The position numbers and the translations under genes are program-made. The notes under the pieces were generated by a model, which saw only the letters and a list, made by a program, of their open reading frames with translations, had not been told where the DNA came from and searched no databases. A DNA stretch of 64,000 nt, from positions 56,618,464-56,682,463 of the forward strand of contig NC_043011.1 in the NCBI RefSeq assembly GCF_006345805.1, written 5' to 3'. Shown here in pieces: positions 39,830 through 54,452 of this stretch. Origin of the DNA: Octopus sinensis (taxonomy: Eukaryota). Each line of letters starts with the position of its first letter. Position 1 is the stretch's first letter.

Positions 39830-40290
39830 TCCTTATCAAGGTCGGTCAGCTTGAACATAGATGACAAGTTGATGGCTGCAAGAAAAAAATGTGCAAAGAA
39901 GGGTTTTGCAGTGGGTGTACATCCTGGGGAGAAAGGATTGGTGTAACGGTGAGTGTAGGGCCAGGAGAGTGGACACTTTATGTGATGAGGATGAGAGATG
40001 AGTGTGAAAGAGGAGGAGAGAGAGAGAGAGTGCATGAGTGGATGAAGCACGTGACCAATTAACTGTGAAGATCAACGACCTCAGTAGTATTGGTAGGAAG
40101 ACCAAAGAGAGGAGGAGACAGACTGAATGTCTCCAGATCCTGGAATGGATGTGAGCAGAGGTTGAACACAAGAAGGACAAGAGATAGAGATACAAATAGG
40201 TTGAAAGAGCTTGTGTAGAGGCACTTGTAACAATTGGAAATTCACAGCATGTCAGACAGAACAATACTTGGTGGCATTTTGGTTTCATCT
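39830..40290 (-). mobile_element. CR1/L2-group LINE 3' remnant
   Basis: Same degraded C-terminal pattern as 20270-20535. Confidence 0.45.
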
Positions 40291-42210
40291 TGAATTGAAA
40301 TCCTCATGATTTTGCCTTTTTTAAAGTAAAATATAGCCATCTGTCTTTTATACATCACAAAAAGCAAATTTACTGCAGTATTATTCAATTGGAGATAATT
40401 TCTCTTATGGACATTCTTTATTTAAAAGCACAATACATATGAGAAGCAGATGGAAATCTGGACAGTGAGAATGTTAGCTGCATTTCTGTGTCATTTAGCT
40501 TTGTCAGTAGCATGTATTCACAGTACTCACAGCCAGCTCCTATGTTGCAAAGATGAACTCTGTTGTCACCACTGATATGGGAAAACAAGTGAATGAACAA
40601 TTATGGGTGTTACAAATAGTCTTCTGACTGAATAAAAGTCTGGTATACGCAACAGAAGCTGTGGCAGAAATGCAACTATCATTCTCACCAGCTGTTTCTC
40701 AGATGATCTCTGCCTGCCTCTGATTCATATCTTGGTATTATACCTTAAACATAGTACATTCATTAGAGACGTTATATCCAGATGGATTACCACAGAACAT
40801 TTGCTTCTTACAATGTTCCTACATAAAGTATGATTCACACTTGGCAATTTTAATCTAATTCTGCTTCTCTAACGAAAGTAAACTATGTAATAATACAATA
40901 TTCATCAGTTGGCAAAAAGTAGCTTTCCAAAGATATACACACACAGTTTTTTTGTGTATAAGTATGTATTTTCTTAATAAAATACATTGTGGAAGATAGC
41001 AAATTATCTACAGATAAATTTCAAATGTATTTTCTTTTTCAAGGAAGGGAAAAGAGTAAAACAAGAAATGATAAAAAAAAATTACTAAGACGAGGAACAA
41101 AAGTTATTGTAGTAGTCAATGAAAAAGATGAAGAGAGAAGATGGCACTCCTCTGGGCTGGAGGCAAGAATGTCTGAATAATTACAGACAGGCCTGCATTG
41201 AGATCTTCCTTTTGCTTCTGTGTATAAATATATTATATTAAGCTCTTTTTTTTTTAATTGTAAAGTTGAATGGTTCCTGTGCAGTAAGTGCTTAAATATA
41301 TGGTCAGTGTTGGGTGTGAAAAATAAGTAGACATTTAATGGTCATTGAACTAACTGTCAGAACATGGAACATTTCTTTAATCTTTTTGCAAATTCTTCTG
41401 ATTGTTTTGGATAAAATATACTATACAGGCACAGATATGTGTGGTTAAGAAGCTCACTTGGTTTTGGGTTCAGTTCCATAGCACAGTACCTGAGGTAAAT
41501 GCCTTCTACTATAACTCCAGGCCAAGCAATGCCTTGGGAGTGGAGTTTGTAGTCAGAAACTGTATCATATAAAGATGTATGTATGCATTTGTGTGTATGT
41601 GTGTTTGTGTTTGAGCTTGTCCTCCACTACTGCTTAACTGGTGTTGCTTTGTTTATGTCCCTATAAATTAGCAGTTCACCAAAAGAGATTGATAGAATAA
41701 GTAGCAGACTTAAAACTAAGTCCTGGGGTCAGGTTGTTTCTAAACCCTTCAAGTCAGTACTCCAGCATGGCCACAGTTCAATGACTGAAGTAAACAACAA
41801 AGAAGAAGCATTTAACAGAACCATCTAGAACAACTGGATATTTTGCCCTTAAATCTTTAAAATGATGTTCATTAAATATGATCATTCCTTGTAACTTCCA
41901 GTCTTTTTTCCGACCCCAAATTCTGAAGACATTTTGGATAACAGAAATTGTTCCTCCTAACGGAACACTTGTATATTTTACCAGCATAACTTTCTTCACC
42001 TTTTTTTTTATCATAGCATTGGCAGTAGAAACCATCTAAAGTCTGCAAACTGGTTATATGCATGTATATATGTGTGTGTGTGTTTTATATTATATATTTA
42101 GATAGACAGCTCGCTACCTAGCTAGAGGGATATATATGTGTGTGTGTGTGTATATGTATGTCTATCTATCTATCTATCTATCTATCTATATATATATATA
42201 TGTATGTATG

Positions 42211-42270
<60 letters not shown>

Positions 42271-43172
42271 TATGCACATATGTACAGAGATAGATATCTA
42301 TATATCTATATGTATATTTCTGAGTGTGTTTGTGTATATATATATCTACATTTATATTTCTGAGAACTTGTTCTCAGAAAGTTCCTATATACTAAGAATA
42401 AACATAAGCTATAAAAGAAAACAAAACCAAAACAGAGAATAAAAAAAACAATGCAAAATAAAATTTTTGTTTTATTTTAAAGATATTTCATTGTTCTGGC
42501 ATTGAAAATTCTCTTCAGTTTTCTCCATTGCAATTCTTGGAGAAGATTTCAGGAACCAATTTTAAAAAAAAAAAGAAAAAAAAGACTTTATTACATCAAG
42601 CTGAGATGACAGGGAGATAGAATTTTCAAGGATTCAGTTGGGTAATTTGCTATTAACATCTCACACAAGAAAGATTCCAAAGTGAATGCACACACACACA
42701 CTCTCTCTGTGTGCATGTGTTATTTAATTTCTGGTGCAAAATAATACAGAGCTTCTCATATTCATAAGGCCATTGGTGGATAATTTCCTACCTTCTCTGT
42801 TTAGGGTAAATGTCTGTTATACTCTCTCTCTCTCTCTCACACATGCACACAAACACAGAGTCTTCTATGGTTGAATGACACCAGGAAAGATATCCATTTG
42901 TAGAAAAGTGTATTCTAACACTGTGCTGTCTGACCTGACCCATGCAAGAATGGAAATGTAGACACTAAAATGATGGTGATGGTGATGAAGATTTAGTATT
43001 GTATATATATATATATATATACAGAGAGAGAGAGAGAGAGAGCATAGTTGATATACATATATATAGAATTTCCTTTGGGTGTTCAATAAATTGTGGCATG
43101 TATTATTGAATAATATAACAATCTTCATCAGAATAAATTTCAACCATTCTCCTTAGTTATAATTATATAATA

Positions 43173-43982
43173 CAGGGTACAATGGATAAATTGCTGCTAT
43201 TTTATATTTTTAATTTCCGGCATGTGCATTGTTTGGTTTTGATTTTGTCGACTGCACAGCATAGTAGGGTCAGTTGGGCACCATCTATGAGAAAACCAGC
43301 ACCATGACACAATTCACTCTGCCAGAAAACGACATGCTGTACTGCTTGACATTTGTGCTAGAAGCGCCAATATGAACATCTCAGAGTGTTTGGGTGTCAA
43401 GCTGAGGATAGTGCAATCTGAGGACATGTACTGAGAGTGATAAAAATCAAACATCCAGTCAACATCCTCCATTCATCTTCACACACAGCTTCAGACTCAG
43501 CACAGAGGCCTACATCAAGTGCCTGGAGGAGGCAGTGCTGCCTATGTCTGGCAACATGACTCTGCACTATGCCACACATGTAAGAGAACCCAGTCATGTC
43601 CGTCAGACAATTTCTGTGACCACATCACCTCTAACATCTGGCCACCTAACTCCCCCGACTGCAATCCCCTTGATTATTATGTGCAGGGTACAGTTGAGCG
43701 AGAGACCAACAAAACTCCTTGTAACACCAAATATGAACTGAAGGCAAAGATTGTGGCAGCATTCACAAACTTAATCAAGGAGACTGTCCAGACGAGTTGC
43801 AAGAGATTCCAAAGTCTTCTGGAGGCCGTGGTTGAAGCCAATGGCGATTTTATTGAATAAATTTACTCTTTAGTATTTCAAGATATTTTATGTAATTTTG
43901 GTAAATATATCTATTAAAATAAGATGTCAGTGTTATTTTCAGTTCTGTGTAATTTAGACAACAGTTTATTCACTGCTTCCTA
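43173..43982 (+). mobile_element. Internally deleted Tc1/mariner-superfamily DD37D (maT) transposon
   Basis: ORF 43519-43860 has QHDSA...WPPNSPDCNPLDYYV with 37 residues between the 2nd and 3rd catalytic D, ending VEANGDFIE*; degenerate TIRs CAGGGTACAATGGATAAATTG / CAGTTTATTCACTGCTTCCTA flanked by TA. Confidence 0.85.
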
Positions 43983-43995
43983 TATATATATATAA

Positions 43996-44376
43996 CTAGC
44001 AGTATCGCCCGGCGTTGCTCGGATTTGTAAGGGAAATAACTATATAAGCATTTTTAGAGAGTTATAGCCAAAAATAGCAAAAAAATGGAAAAAAAATTAT
44101 GGTAAATTTTTTTTTAAATCGTTGACTCATCGTAGACATTTTTAGAGAGTTACTTCCCTTATATAATAGCGAAAAATGCATTAAAATGGAAAAAAATGAT
44201 GGTAAATTATTTTTTAAATCGTAGACTCATCATAGACGCTAATACCCAGAAGGGCTCGATATGAATCACGACTATAAGATACCCGGTTTTGGTTAAACTG
44301 CACCGCAAAATGTGGGAGTAGTTAGAAATCTAAATCGCAGGAGACAGACACACAACTTCACTTTTATATATAAAGA
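43996..44376 (-). mobile_element. Non-autonomous Helitron, copy 1
   Basis: On -: A|TCTTTATATATAAAA ... CCGAGCAACGCCGGG hairpin ... CTAG|T, i.e. 5'-TC, 3'-CTAG, inserted at A/T without TSD. Confidence 0.85.
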
Positions 44377-47005
44377 TGTGTACATTATATATCTATGTCT
44401 ATTTATCTCTCTCTTTTCCACTATCATTCTATCTATCTAATTATTATTATTATCATCATCATCATCATTATTATTGTTATTGTTATTATTGGTGAGCTGG
44501 CAGAACCATTAGCGTGCCAGGCAAAATGCTTAACAACTTTTCATCTGTCTTTACATTCTGAGTTTAAATTCCACAGGAGTTGACTTTGTCTTTCATCCTT
44601 TCTTAGTCAATAAAATAAGAACTAGCCATGTACTAAGGTAAATGTAATTGTCATATCCTTTTCCCTGGATTTGCTGGCCTTGTGTCAAAATTTGAAACCA
44701 TTATTATTATTATTATCATTAATTAGGCAGTGAGCTGGCAGAATCGTTAGCATGTCGGGCAAAATGCTTAGTAGCACTTTGACTGTCTTTATGTTTTGAG
44801 TTCAAATTCTGCTGGGGTTGACTTTTCCTTTCATCCTTTCAGGGTAATAAAATAAGTACCAGTCTTGTACTGGGGGCCCTCCCCCAAAATTCCAGGCATT
44901 GTATTTTTACTAGAAAGGATTATTATTATTGTTATTAATTAGCATTTGTTACAAAATGACTCAAGTTTTGGGAGTTTTATCATAGTGTATGTGTGTATGC
45001 GTATATATGAATATATATTTCTATATATGGAAAAAGAAAGATTGAATGGTGCAGGAAAATACTAGCTGTTTAACATGAGACTATTTGCCATTTACAGAGT
45101 TTATATTTAATTCCATAACAAATTGGAAATCATTTAGTTTTTAGATTTAATTATTAATATTTATAGTTTTAATCTTGTTATAACCCTAAACATATTTTTA
45201 TAGAGAATTAATGAATTAGTCAATATTCTCTACAGCATGACACATAATTGTCTCATACACCAGCAACCAAACCATCACCATCGAATAATTTATTCATGAT
45301 ATTGTATATTATTGAAAGAGTCTGGCTGAGCACGGATAGTTTTTTTCTGTTTTTGTTTTTTTTACTGTTTTGGAGTTAAATGAGATCAAACATGTCTGGA
45401 ATTGCAATTCTTTTGTTTATTGAACTCATGTTCTTCCCAAAGGATTAAAAAATCTCTAGCATTTTTATTTTAGAATAATTACAGAAATATATTTCAATAT
45501 AGAATTAATTTCTCTATATACCTTGTGATGTGTTACATAATTTTCCAAATGGTGTCTTTCTTTTCTTTACATCCAAGAATATACGTGTCATATTCTTGGT
45601 GCTCCTTTAACTCTGCCATGCTCTGGTTGAGCAGACATATAACCAACAGCAGTCTCTGTCACCACCTTCATCATCATCATCATCAGCATCATCATCATCA
45701 TCACTAATACTTTTAAATCCCTTTTCCATGCTTGCATGAATCAGATAATGGAGTACACCGAGGCAGATTTTCTACAGCTGGATGCCATTCTTGTTGCCAA
45801 CTCTCAACTGTTTCTGAGCAGATTAATATTTCTTTGTGGCAAGAGCCATTTACACTGAAGACTGAAAATAAGAAGACACTGCTTTTATGATGGTGACACT
45901 CACAACAATCATATGATGTCAAGACAAAGAGAGAGAGAGAGAGAGAGACACACACACACACACGCAGTAAACCTTCAGTTTATGAACAGTTTTTTTAACA
46001 TAAAACATCTCAGGTGATGAACGGTGTCTTCAGTTATCAACATGCAAGCCAGCAACAACAGCTGGCATCAAGCTGGGAGTATCTATGAGTGAGTATCAGT
46101 TGGTGCCTAGCTTTTACACATCCCTGATTGAATTTGCCATTACCTTCTCTTGAATTTCCTACAGGGAAAAATAGTTTCAGTTTACAAACATTCTGGATGA
46201 GAGATAGCTTTCAGGAATGAATTAAATTAAAGCACCTACTACACTCTCAGAGTGGTTGGCATTAGGAAGGGCATCCAGCTGTAGAAACTCTGCTAGATCA
46301 GATTGGAGCCTGGTGCAGCCATCTGGTTTGCCAGTACTCAGTCAAATCGTCCAACCCATGCTAGCATGGAAAGCGGATGTTAAATGATGATGATATATAT
46401 TATTCTCTAACAAAGAGTGTTGATAATGACTTCAAAGTTTTGCTCTGCTCACTTTTCATTGGATTGTAGTCCATTTGAGTTTATTTTGGATTGCTGTAGT
46501 CTCTGGGGCAGATGGAGGTCTGTTGAATGCTAATTAGATTGTAGGTTAGGTTCTGATAGAAAGCTATTATGGAGGATGCTTATTGATTAAATTTGGAGTG
46601 TTGTTATCATTCTGATTTCAGTCAGGCATTTAGACCTTTGCAATCATGTGTGTCTATTGAGGTGTTAGCTTCAGGTCTCAGGGTTGTGTTTTGGGGGTTC
46701 ACAAACAACTGTAAGTGCAATGGTTAATTGGTCATCAGATGTGTAACTAGGTTTAGTTGATTTTATTTGGATACTGATGAGAGACTTTGTTTTGGGAATG
46801 TAGAGGTTATAATTCAGAGTTCAGTGCAGAATGTAAAACCTTGTAATCAGGTGTGTTTATTCAAGTGTGTCACCTACCTACAAACTTTTGTGAACCTTGA
46901 AGCACAAGGAAAACAAATTTCCATACTAAAAACACCATGACCTAAAGTTGATACATAAGAGAAACCTTGTCTCTAAGTCTGTTCAGATTTGCCTCCCTTT
47001 GGCAT

Positions 47006-47053
47006 TTGATGCTGATGAGAAGATAACTACTTCAAAATGCATGCACCCATTGA
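47006..47053 (+). ncRNA. Decayed minimal hammerhead-like motif
   Basis: TTGATG-CTGATGA-GAAG ataacta CTTC-AAAA (for GAAA)-TGCATGCA-CC-CATTGA; the deviations fit CpG decay. Confidence 0.45.
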
Positions 47054-47595
47054 TCTGGATAGAGGGTAGTTCAAACTAGCCATGATGTTTACACCTTCTT
47101 GTTTGCAGAAGGAATATTTCTCCATGACAAGCTGCAGTGAAAAGCCTTCTTACATGTTCAAATATCTCTCAAATATATTTGAACTGGTGACAACTTTATA
47201 TTCCTCTCAATCACTACTTTGAGTGTATAATCTGTATCTACACATATATAGCATATATTGAGTTCTACACCAGGTTATTAGTCTTAAAATACCTAAGCTA
47301 TATATATATCATCATCATTACAGATATAGGGTAAAGAATTATTAATTTCATAATTAATAAAATTTTACCAAGTAGTTTCGGTATGGAAAAAAACCATTAT
47401 CATAGAATGTTTGATTTCGTTATTTTATTATTTTTTTTGCCTATGTGAGTTATGAGAGCATTGCTGTTTGTGGAGTTATATTTGTAGTTAAAAGAATTAG
47501 CTGTTTTTGACTGTTATTTCTAAATTTTCGCTATGTGGTGAAGCAACTTGTTGCTAAACCCTAAATTATATATATATACATATATATATATATAA

Positions 47596-47977
47596 CTAGC
47601 AGTATCGCCCGGCGTTGCTTGGGTTTGTAAGGGAAATAACTATATAAGCATTTTTAGAGAGTTATAGCCAAAAAATAGCAAAAAAATGCATTAAAAATGG
47701 GAAAAAAATGATGGTAAATTTTTTTTTAAATCGTTGACTCATCGTAGTCATTTTTAGAGAGTTACTTCCCTTATATAATAGCAAAAAAATGCATTAAAAT
47801 GGAAAAAAATTATGGTAAATTTTTTTTTAAATCGTAGACTCATTGTAGACGCGCGCTAATACCCAGAAGGGCTTGATATGAATCACGACTATAAGATACC
47901 CGGTTTTGGTTAAACTGCACTGCAAAATGTGGGAGGAGTTAGGAATCTGAATCGTAGGAGACAGACACACAACCTTA

Positions 47978-47990
<13 letters not shown>
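47596..47990 (-). mobile_element. Non-autonomous Helitron, copy 2
   Basis: Near-identical to 43996-44376; the 5' end merges into (TA)n. Confidence 0.82.
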
Positions 47991-48013
<23 letters not shown>

Positions 48014-48460
48014 TGCCAGTATGTGTGCATCACTGTCTCCTCACCTTGATATCATGTGACAGTTGTAAATGAATGTCACCATCATTCCAGTGGTGTCCAT
48101 TGCCAGTCTTCAGTGGAAAATATGTCTGACTGCAGGGAAATTTTACCTTATTTGGAAAGAGGCAAGGGTGCATGACAGGAAAGGCATCTGGACATAAAAA
48201 AATTCACCAAAAAATACCACCCAACCCATGTGAGAATGAAAAAGTGGGTGTTAAAATGATGATGATGATGATATCGTCCTTTAATGTCTGTTCTCCATGC
48301 TGGCACGGGTTGAATGGTTTGCAAGGGGCTAGGAGGAAGACTGCAACAGACTTTCCTGTTTGTTTTGGCAGGGCTTTTATGGCTGGATGCTCTTCCTACC
48401 ACCAACCACCTTACAGTGTGGACTGAGTGCATTTTACATGGCATCAATACATATGTGTGT

Positions 48461-48612
48461 GGAGAAATAAATCACAATGAGAAGTGGATCTTTGGTGCTA
48501 TAAAACCATTAATTAATTAGTTAAGATGAGAGTCAACTCTCATTTTAACTAATTAATTAATTAATGGTTTTATAGCACGAAAGACCCACTTCTCATTGTT
48601 ATTTATTTTTCC
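48461..48612. repeat. ~150 bp imperfect palindrome
   Basis: GGAGAAATAAATCACAATGAGAAGTGG...GAGAGT-CA-ACTCTC...CCACTTCTCATTGTTATTTATTTTTCC. Confidence 0.9.
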
Positions 48613-49699
48613 ATTTTCTTATCATCTGTATATACATTAAAGTACGGTTTACTTCTTTAATTACCTACTGCCATATACCTTATACCAAGGACCATACATA
48701 CTGAGGTAATTACCAAGAGTGCCTCTGGATATATCTATCCCTTAGAGGTTTCAACATTTCTAACTTATATCTTATATATGTATATATATATCATCATCAT
48801 TGTTTAACGTTTGTTTTCCATGCTGGCATGGGTTGGACGGTTTAACATGGAACTGGACATCTGGTGGGGAGTTGTCCAAACTGCAATTGTCTGTTGTGGT
48901 ATGGTTTCTACAGCTGGATGCCCTTCCTATGCCAACCATTTAAGAGATGGTGCTGGGGGCCTTTTACATGCCACATACGATTGGATCTCGCCCATAGTTT
49001 TCATCTAATAAATCCACTCGCAAGTCTTTGGTTGGCCCAGGGCTACAATAGAAGCCACTCACCCAAGTTGTTGAACAGTAGAGCTGAACCCAAAACCTCG
49101 TAGTTGTAAAGTGAGCTTCTTAACCACACAACCATGCCCACCTCCTACCAATATAATATTAATTAATAAATAAATAAATAGATTTTTGTAATTAATTAAC
49201 CCTATTAATTAACAACCCTATTTTTAGTATTTTCGTTGCGTCTACTATTTTTGCTTACAATGTGTGAATTTTTATTTTGGATGTTAAAATTGGCATCAAA
49301 CAAGATTTTCTCTTCTGCAAAAATACAAGTTCATCTAACATATCTTTCGATTGAATTGTCATCTGTGTCTTATAGCCATGCGATAACTGAATTAATTGCT
49401 TCATATCTCATTGCTTTGATACAAGCAAGAAAAGCTGAACGTATAATAGTTTGGGGATCCATAAAGACTTCTTATTCTCTCCCATGAATTAACCTCCAGC
49501 AAGCAGGGAAGCTTTCCCTTCTTCTTTGGTTATATCAATATACATACAATACATGCATACATACGTGCATATATGTGTGTGAGTGTGAGTATTTCTTTTA
49601 TCTATGTTATTCTTTTTACTGTATCAACCAGAAAATAATATAGGCCTCAGGAATGCACAGCATATAAAAGTATTTTTATTAGAATACCATTTATGTATG

Positions 49700-49832
<133 letters not shown>

Positions 49833-50115
49833 CACACGCACACATACATATCTGTGTGTGTATATATATAGATATGTGTGTGTGTATATGTATGTATACA
49901 TATACATTCCTATGCACATATACAAAATATATACATCTATGTATGTATGCGTTTATATATATATACACATGCACACACACATAAGTACATAAATATATAT
50001 ACAAAAATATATTCATAAACACACACGTATATACAAACTTTATTTAAATACAAATATATGCACATACATCCACACACGCATATTATATATTTGATATATA
50101 TATATAACTATATTT

Positions 50116-50175
<60 letters not shown>

Positions 50176-50269
50176 TATATATAATGTGCAAGTATGTATA
50201 AGAGAGAGAATAATTACGTAGCTATTTATGTGTTTCTCTCTATCACATATACTTTTGCTTCCATTGCGT

Positions 50270-50303
<34 letters not shown>

Positions 50304-50849
50304 GGAAATAAAACCAAATTCATTTTTTTCATGTGAAGCACCTTGGGAAAGAGGTTGATAAACATGAAATGAATTCATGTTTAGAGCACTAATATAATAT
50401 AATGAAAAATAATGATGGCTAAAATGAAAGACTGCTGGAAACTAAAATTATTTCATTCTTATTAAGGTAAATATACACATATATTTAATATGTCATTTCT
50501 GAATGTCAGCTCATGTTCTTAGCACTCTCAGCAATAAAATAACTGGTGTAAATAATTTCCTCAGAAAATTAGTTCCTTGTTACTGTTTATTTAAGCAGAA
50601 ATTGATTGGTTATAAAACTAGGGAAATGTAAGGATTAACAACAGAAGGGATCATGTTAAGAATTCTAATGAACCCTGCCTGGAAGAAACAAAATGAAGAG
50701 CTTTAATAAGCAAAGGTCGTGTTAAAAAACAATTATAATTAGCTTACAGAAATACCCATTTAATTAATAATAAAAATACTGTATGTACGTATGTATGCAT
50801 GTACATATGACCTTGTATGTGTTTTTATATTTATACACATATATATATT

Positions 50850-51240
50850 GGTCTCACAGAGGCAATGACGAAAGACTGAGATCTCTGGAGATATGCTGTG
50901 ACTGCAAGACCCGACAAATAACTTGAGTTCATGGCTGTTTCCTGCACCAGTTTCGCATAGCAGCCCCTGCCCATCCAAAGTACCTTGGGTTGCAGAACGA
51001 ACTGCTGTGCTTACCTTGGATCATAGGGTGACCGGCTGTGCTTGAAGAGACCTATTGAGTCAAGTACATCAACATCAAAATAAAAATCAAATGGAAATTG
51101 TAGTTGTCATACCTGTGCCGGTGGCATGTAAAAAGCACCATCCAAACGTGGCCGATGCCAGCGCTGCCTTGACTGGCTTCCATGCCGGTGGCACTTGCAA
51201 GCATGGAAAATGGACATTAAACGATGATGATGATGATGAT
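50850..51240 (+). mobile_element. RTE LINE 3' end with (GAT)n tail
   Basis: GLTEAMTKD.DLWRYAV ORF end plus the shared 3' UTR motif GGCATGTAAAAAGCACC...AAACGATGATGAT. Confidence 0.65.
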
Positions 51241-51381
51241 GTATAATGAAAATTATCAAAGATTAGAGTTATCAAATTCTTTTAATATTTTGTTTACAAT
51301 TGTTTCATCTTAACTATGGTCATTTACCCCAATTCACTTACTATATATATATATATGCGTGTGTGTGTATGTACATATATG

Positions 51382-51463
<82 letters not shown>

Positions 51464-51960
51464 GTATTTAGTTTCTCCCTTCTAGAGTCTCAGTTCAGTT
51501 CTTTTTGAGTTTAAATTTACCTTTCACCATTTCTTCCTAACGACATTTGATTTGTGCACTTAAATGAATCGTATATTTAACAGTTATTGATTATCACAGA
51601 TCATAGTTGCTGCTGCTGCTGTGGATAATGATGATGATGATGATAATAGTTGAAATTATTCAGAGAAAGAATTCTCACATTCATATCACTTTTATATTTT
51701 CTGTAAAAAATAGATCCTAGACAGAATCACATCCCATAGTTCAGGCTCTTTTTGCTATAACGCCATGGTTCCATAATGGTTTAATGGAAAAATGGTAAAC
51801 TAGCACAATAGTATGACAGCATAATGGTATAATGACATGAGGTTTTTTTCTTCTTTCTTCCTCTCTTCTTTTCTTTTTCTTTCTTCCTTCTTTTCTTTCT
51901 TTCTTCCTTTCTTTCTTCCCTTTTCTTTTATGTTCTCTAAATAAGATTCCTTGCAACTAC

Positions 51961-52035
51961 TTATGTCTCCCATTCCATTGCTTTTACAAACTCTTCTTCT
52001 GTAAAAGTTAACATTTTTGAAGCTTCGATATGCAT
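51961..52035 (-). CDS. TEX9: TEX9-like terminal exon MHIEASKMLTFTEEEFVKAMEWET*
   Basis: Matches TEX9 C-terminus [22 protein letters not shown]; ttccAG acceptor; TAA stop. Confidence 0.93.
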   Translation of the reverse strand: MHIEASKMLTFTEEEFVKAMEWET

Positions 52036-53230
52036 CTGGAAATAAACGGGAAAATTACTGAAACATGTTATGAAGATATTCACACCACACACACACAAAA
52101 ATAATCCTGTGCCTTTGGCATCACATGTTTAACAGGGTCAACTCAAATTCAGTGATATCTTGGTGTTATTGTTTATCCTCCTCCAAATTAACCCTGAACA
52201 AGCAAATCTATAATTAAACGTAAACTCCACCTTAAACCTCCCATCTTCTTCCTCTTCCCCTCTTACTCTCATCTTCCGTCTCCTCCCCCATTCTCTTCTG
52301 CCTCCCACCAGCTTGCAACCAAGATGCATTTCATCTTAATACACCAAGAATTTCTGATTCTCATTCGCTTTGCTAGTTCCTCAATTTCATGTTAGTGTCT
52401 GCCAATAACATTGATGTGACTGTGTGGTCTTCATCCTCTCTAAAATATAACATCTAGTATGGCCTGATGTCCAGCATGATAGCTGCAGCCAGCAAAGCCT
52501 ACCCCTACTTTGAGCTGCAATAGCAGATGGTGTGTGCATCTTGAAATAGCTTCAAGACAGAATGGTCCCAGCTGGAAGACCTTTCATAGACCAGGACTAA
52601 CCAATACTATGAAAGGTCTTCTAGCTACAACCAGTTGGTCCTTTTTATATCTAGAACTGCATGGTCCAATGCATCCTTCCATTTATAAGATAGTAATATG
52701 TGATTTGAGATATACTTAGCTGTTATTTCTTTCAGATTAAATGGCCAAATTGAGACTCCCAAATTCGCTGAGTTTTTTAAAATATATGATCAAGAGGGTG
52801 AGGTGAGGGTTACATCATTTGTTTTGTGTCTATAAATAGTTGACGATTCCCTAGATTTTTGATTCCAGTTGGCAATATTAGAGGAACTTTATTCAGCTGA
52901 GGTTGACTTTGTCTTTCATCCTTTTGGGGTCAATAAAAGAAATACCAGTTAAAGACTGGAGTCAATGTAATCAACCCAACTCCCTCCCCTGAATGTGCTG
53001 GCCTTGTGCCAAAATTTGAGACTAATATTAGAGGAAGTTTTTTTTTTATTTTGTCAGAAGCAGCATTTCATCTATATTTATGCTCTAAGCTTAAATTCTG
53101 CTGAGATTGACTTTTTCAGGGTTGGTAAAATAAGTATCAGTTAAACACTGCGGTTGATGTGACTAGCCCCTGCTCACAAAATTTCAGGCCTTGTGCCTAT
53201 AATAGAAAGGGTTATTATTATTATTATTAT

Positions 53231-53396
53231 ATGCCCTGATGCAGTACCAGGCAGTGGCTCTCATGGCTTCTGATCTTAACTGATTGGAAGTGTTATCATG
53301 TACATTGTTTTGTCTTGATATAAAAAATGGGCTACAGCAAATATTCTACTCAATACCACATATTTGCTTGTCAGTTAAGTTGCTTGACCTTAACCA

Positions 53397-53446
<50 letters not shown>

Positions 53447-54225
53447 GGTGGTGAGCTGGCAGAATCGTTAGCATGCTGAACAAAATGCTTAGCAGTATTT
53501 CGCCTGTTGCTTCATCCTGAGTTCAAATTCTATTGAGGTTGACTTTGCCTTTCATCTTTTCAGGGTCAATGAATTAAATACCAGTGAAACACTGGGATTG
53601 ATATAATCGACTAGTCCGCCTCCCTAGAATTTCAGGCCTTGTGCCTTTAGTAGAAAGGATTATTATTATTATCATTATTGAATGAGAGTGCAGTGCATGC
53701 CATCAAAGTGACACTAGGGTAGGTAAAAATATATGAAACCCAATATACCCATCATGACTACTCGTCTGATAAGGGTACACCAGGCACATGCATCATAACC
53801 ATATGTTCATGCACAACATTATCTGATATCAAGATAAACAGTGCATGACCTTGCAGGTAAGGCCCAGTTAGAATTTTCTTCAGGTTGAGTAGCCCATTCC
53901 ACTCAAAAGGTCCCTGAATAAGAGTTGTTTAAGGATGTTGAATGAAACACCCATGTTTCCAGAGGTGAATTATTCAAACCCCAAAGAATCCCTCTCAACA
54001 CATGGCTATGATGCTCTCCCACCACTTCTGCTTATGATCAGAGATGCAATCGTCAGCCACCAAGGGACATGCTCAACCAGTTAAAGTCAAACAACTGACA
54101 AACAAATCTAGGGTATTGAGCAGAATATTTGCTGTAGTCCATCTTTTATACCAAGACAAAACAATGTACATGATACCACTTCCAATCAGTTAAGATCAGA
54201 GCCATCAGAGCCTGCTGCATCATCA
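53231..54225. repeat. Inverted pair of one interspersed repeat within the last TEX9 intron
   Basis: 53231-53398 is the reverse complement of ~54075-54225, the end of the longer copy 53680-54225. Confidence 0.85.
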
Positions 54226-54452
54226 TCGCCGCCGTCATTATTATTATTATTAAGCCGTGAGCTGGCTCTTTACCTTTTGAGTTCAAATTCTGTCACAGCC
54301 AACTTTACCTTTCATCTTTCCTGGAGAGATAGAATAAAATTACCAGTCCAAGTCTAGTACTGTGGCCAATGGTACTGACTACCCCATACCATTTCGCCTG
54401 TGTCTGAGGGGAAAGAAAGAAAATGAAAGAAAATTCTTCTGTAAAAACCTAC

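Noticed and set aside
46005-46230. Mariner catalytic-domain remnant (ISGDER, NFLQGK)
   Set aside because: Too short and degraded to support
14074-46790. Other isolated CTGANGA heptamers (e.g. ~14074, 19430, 24352, 29063, 41923, 46774)
   Set aside because: No compatible stem II, GAAA and NUH arrangement
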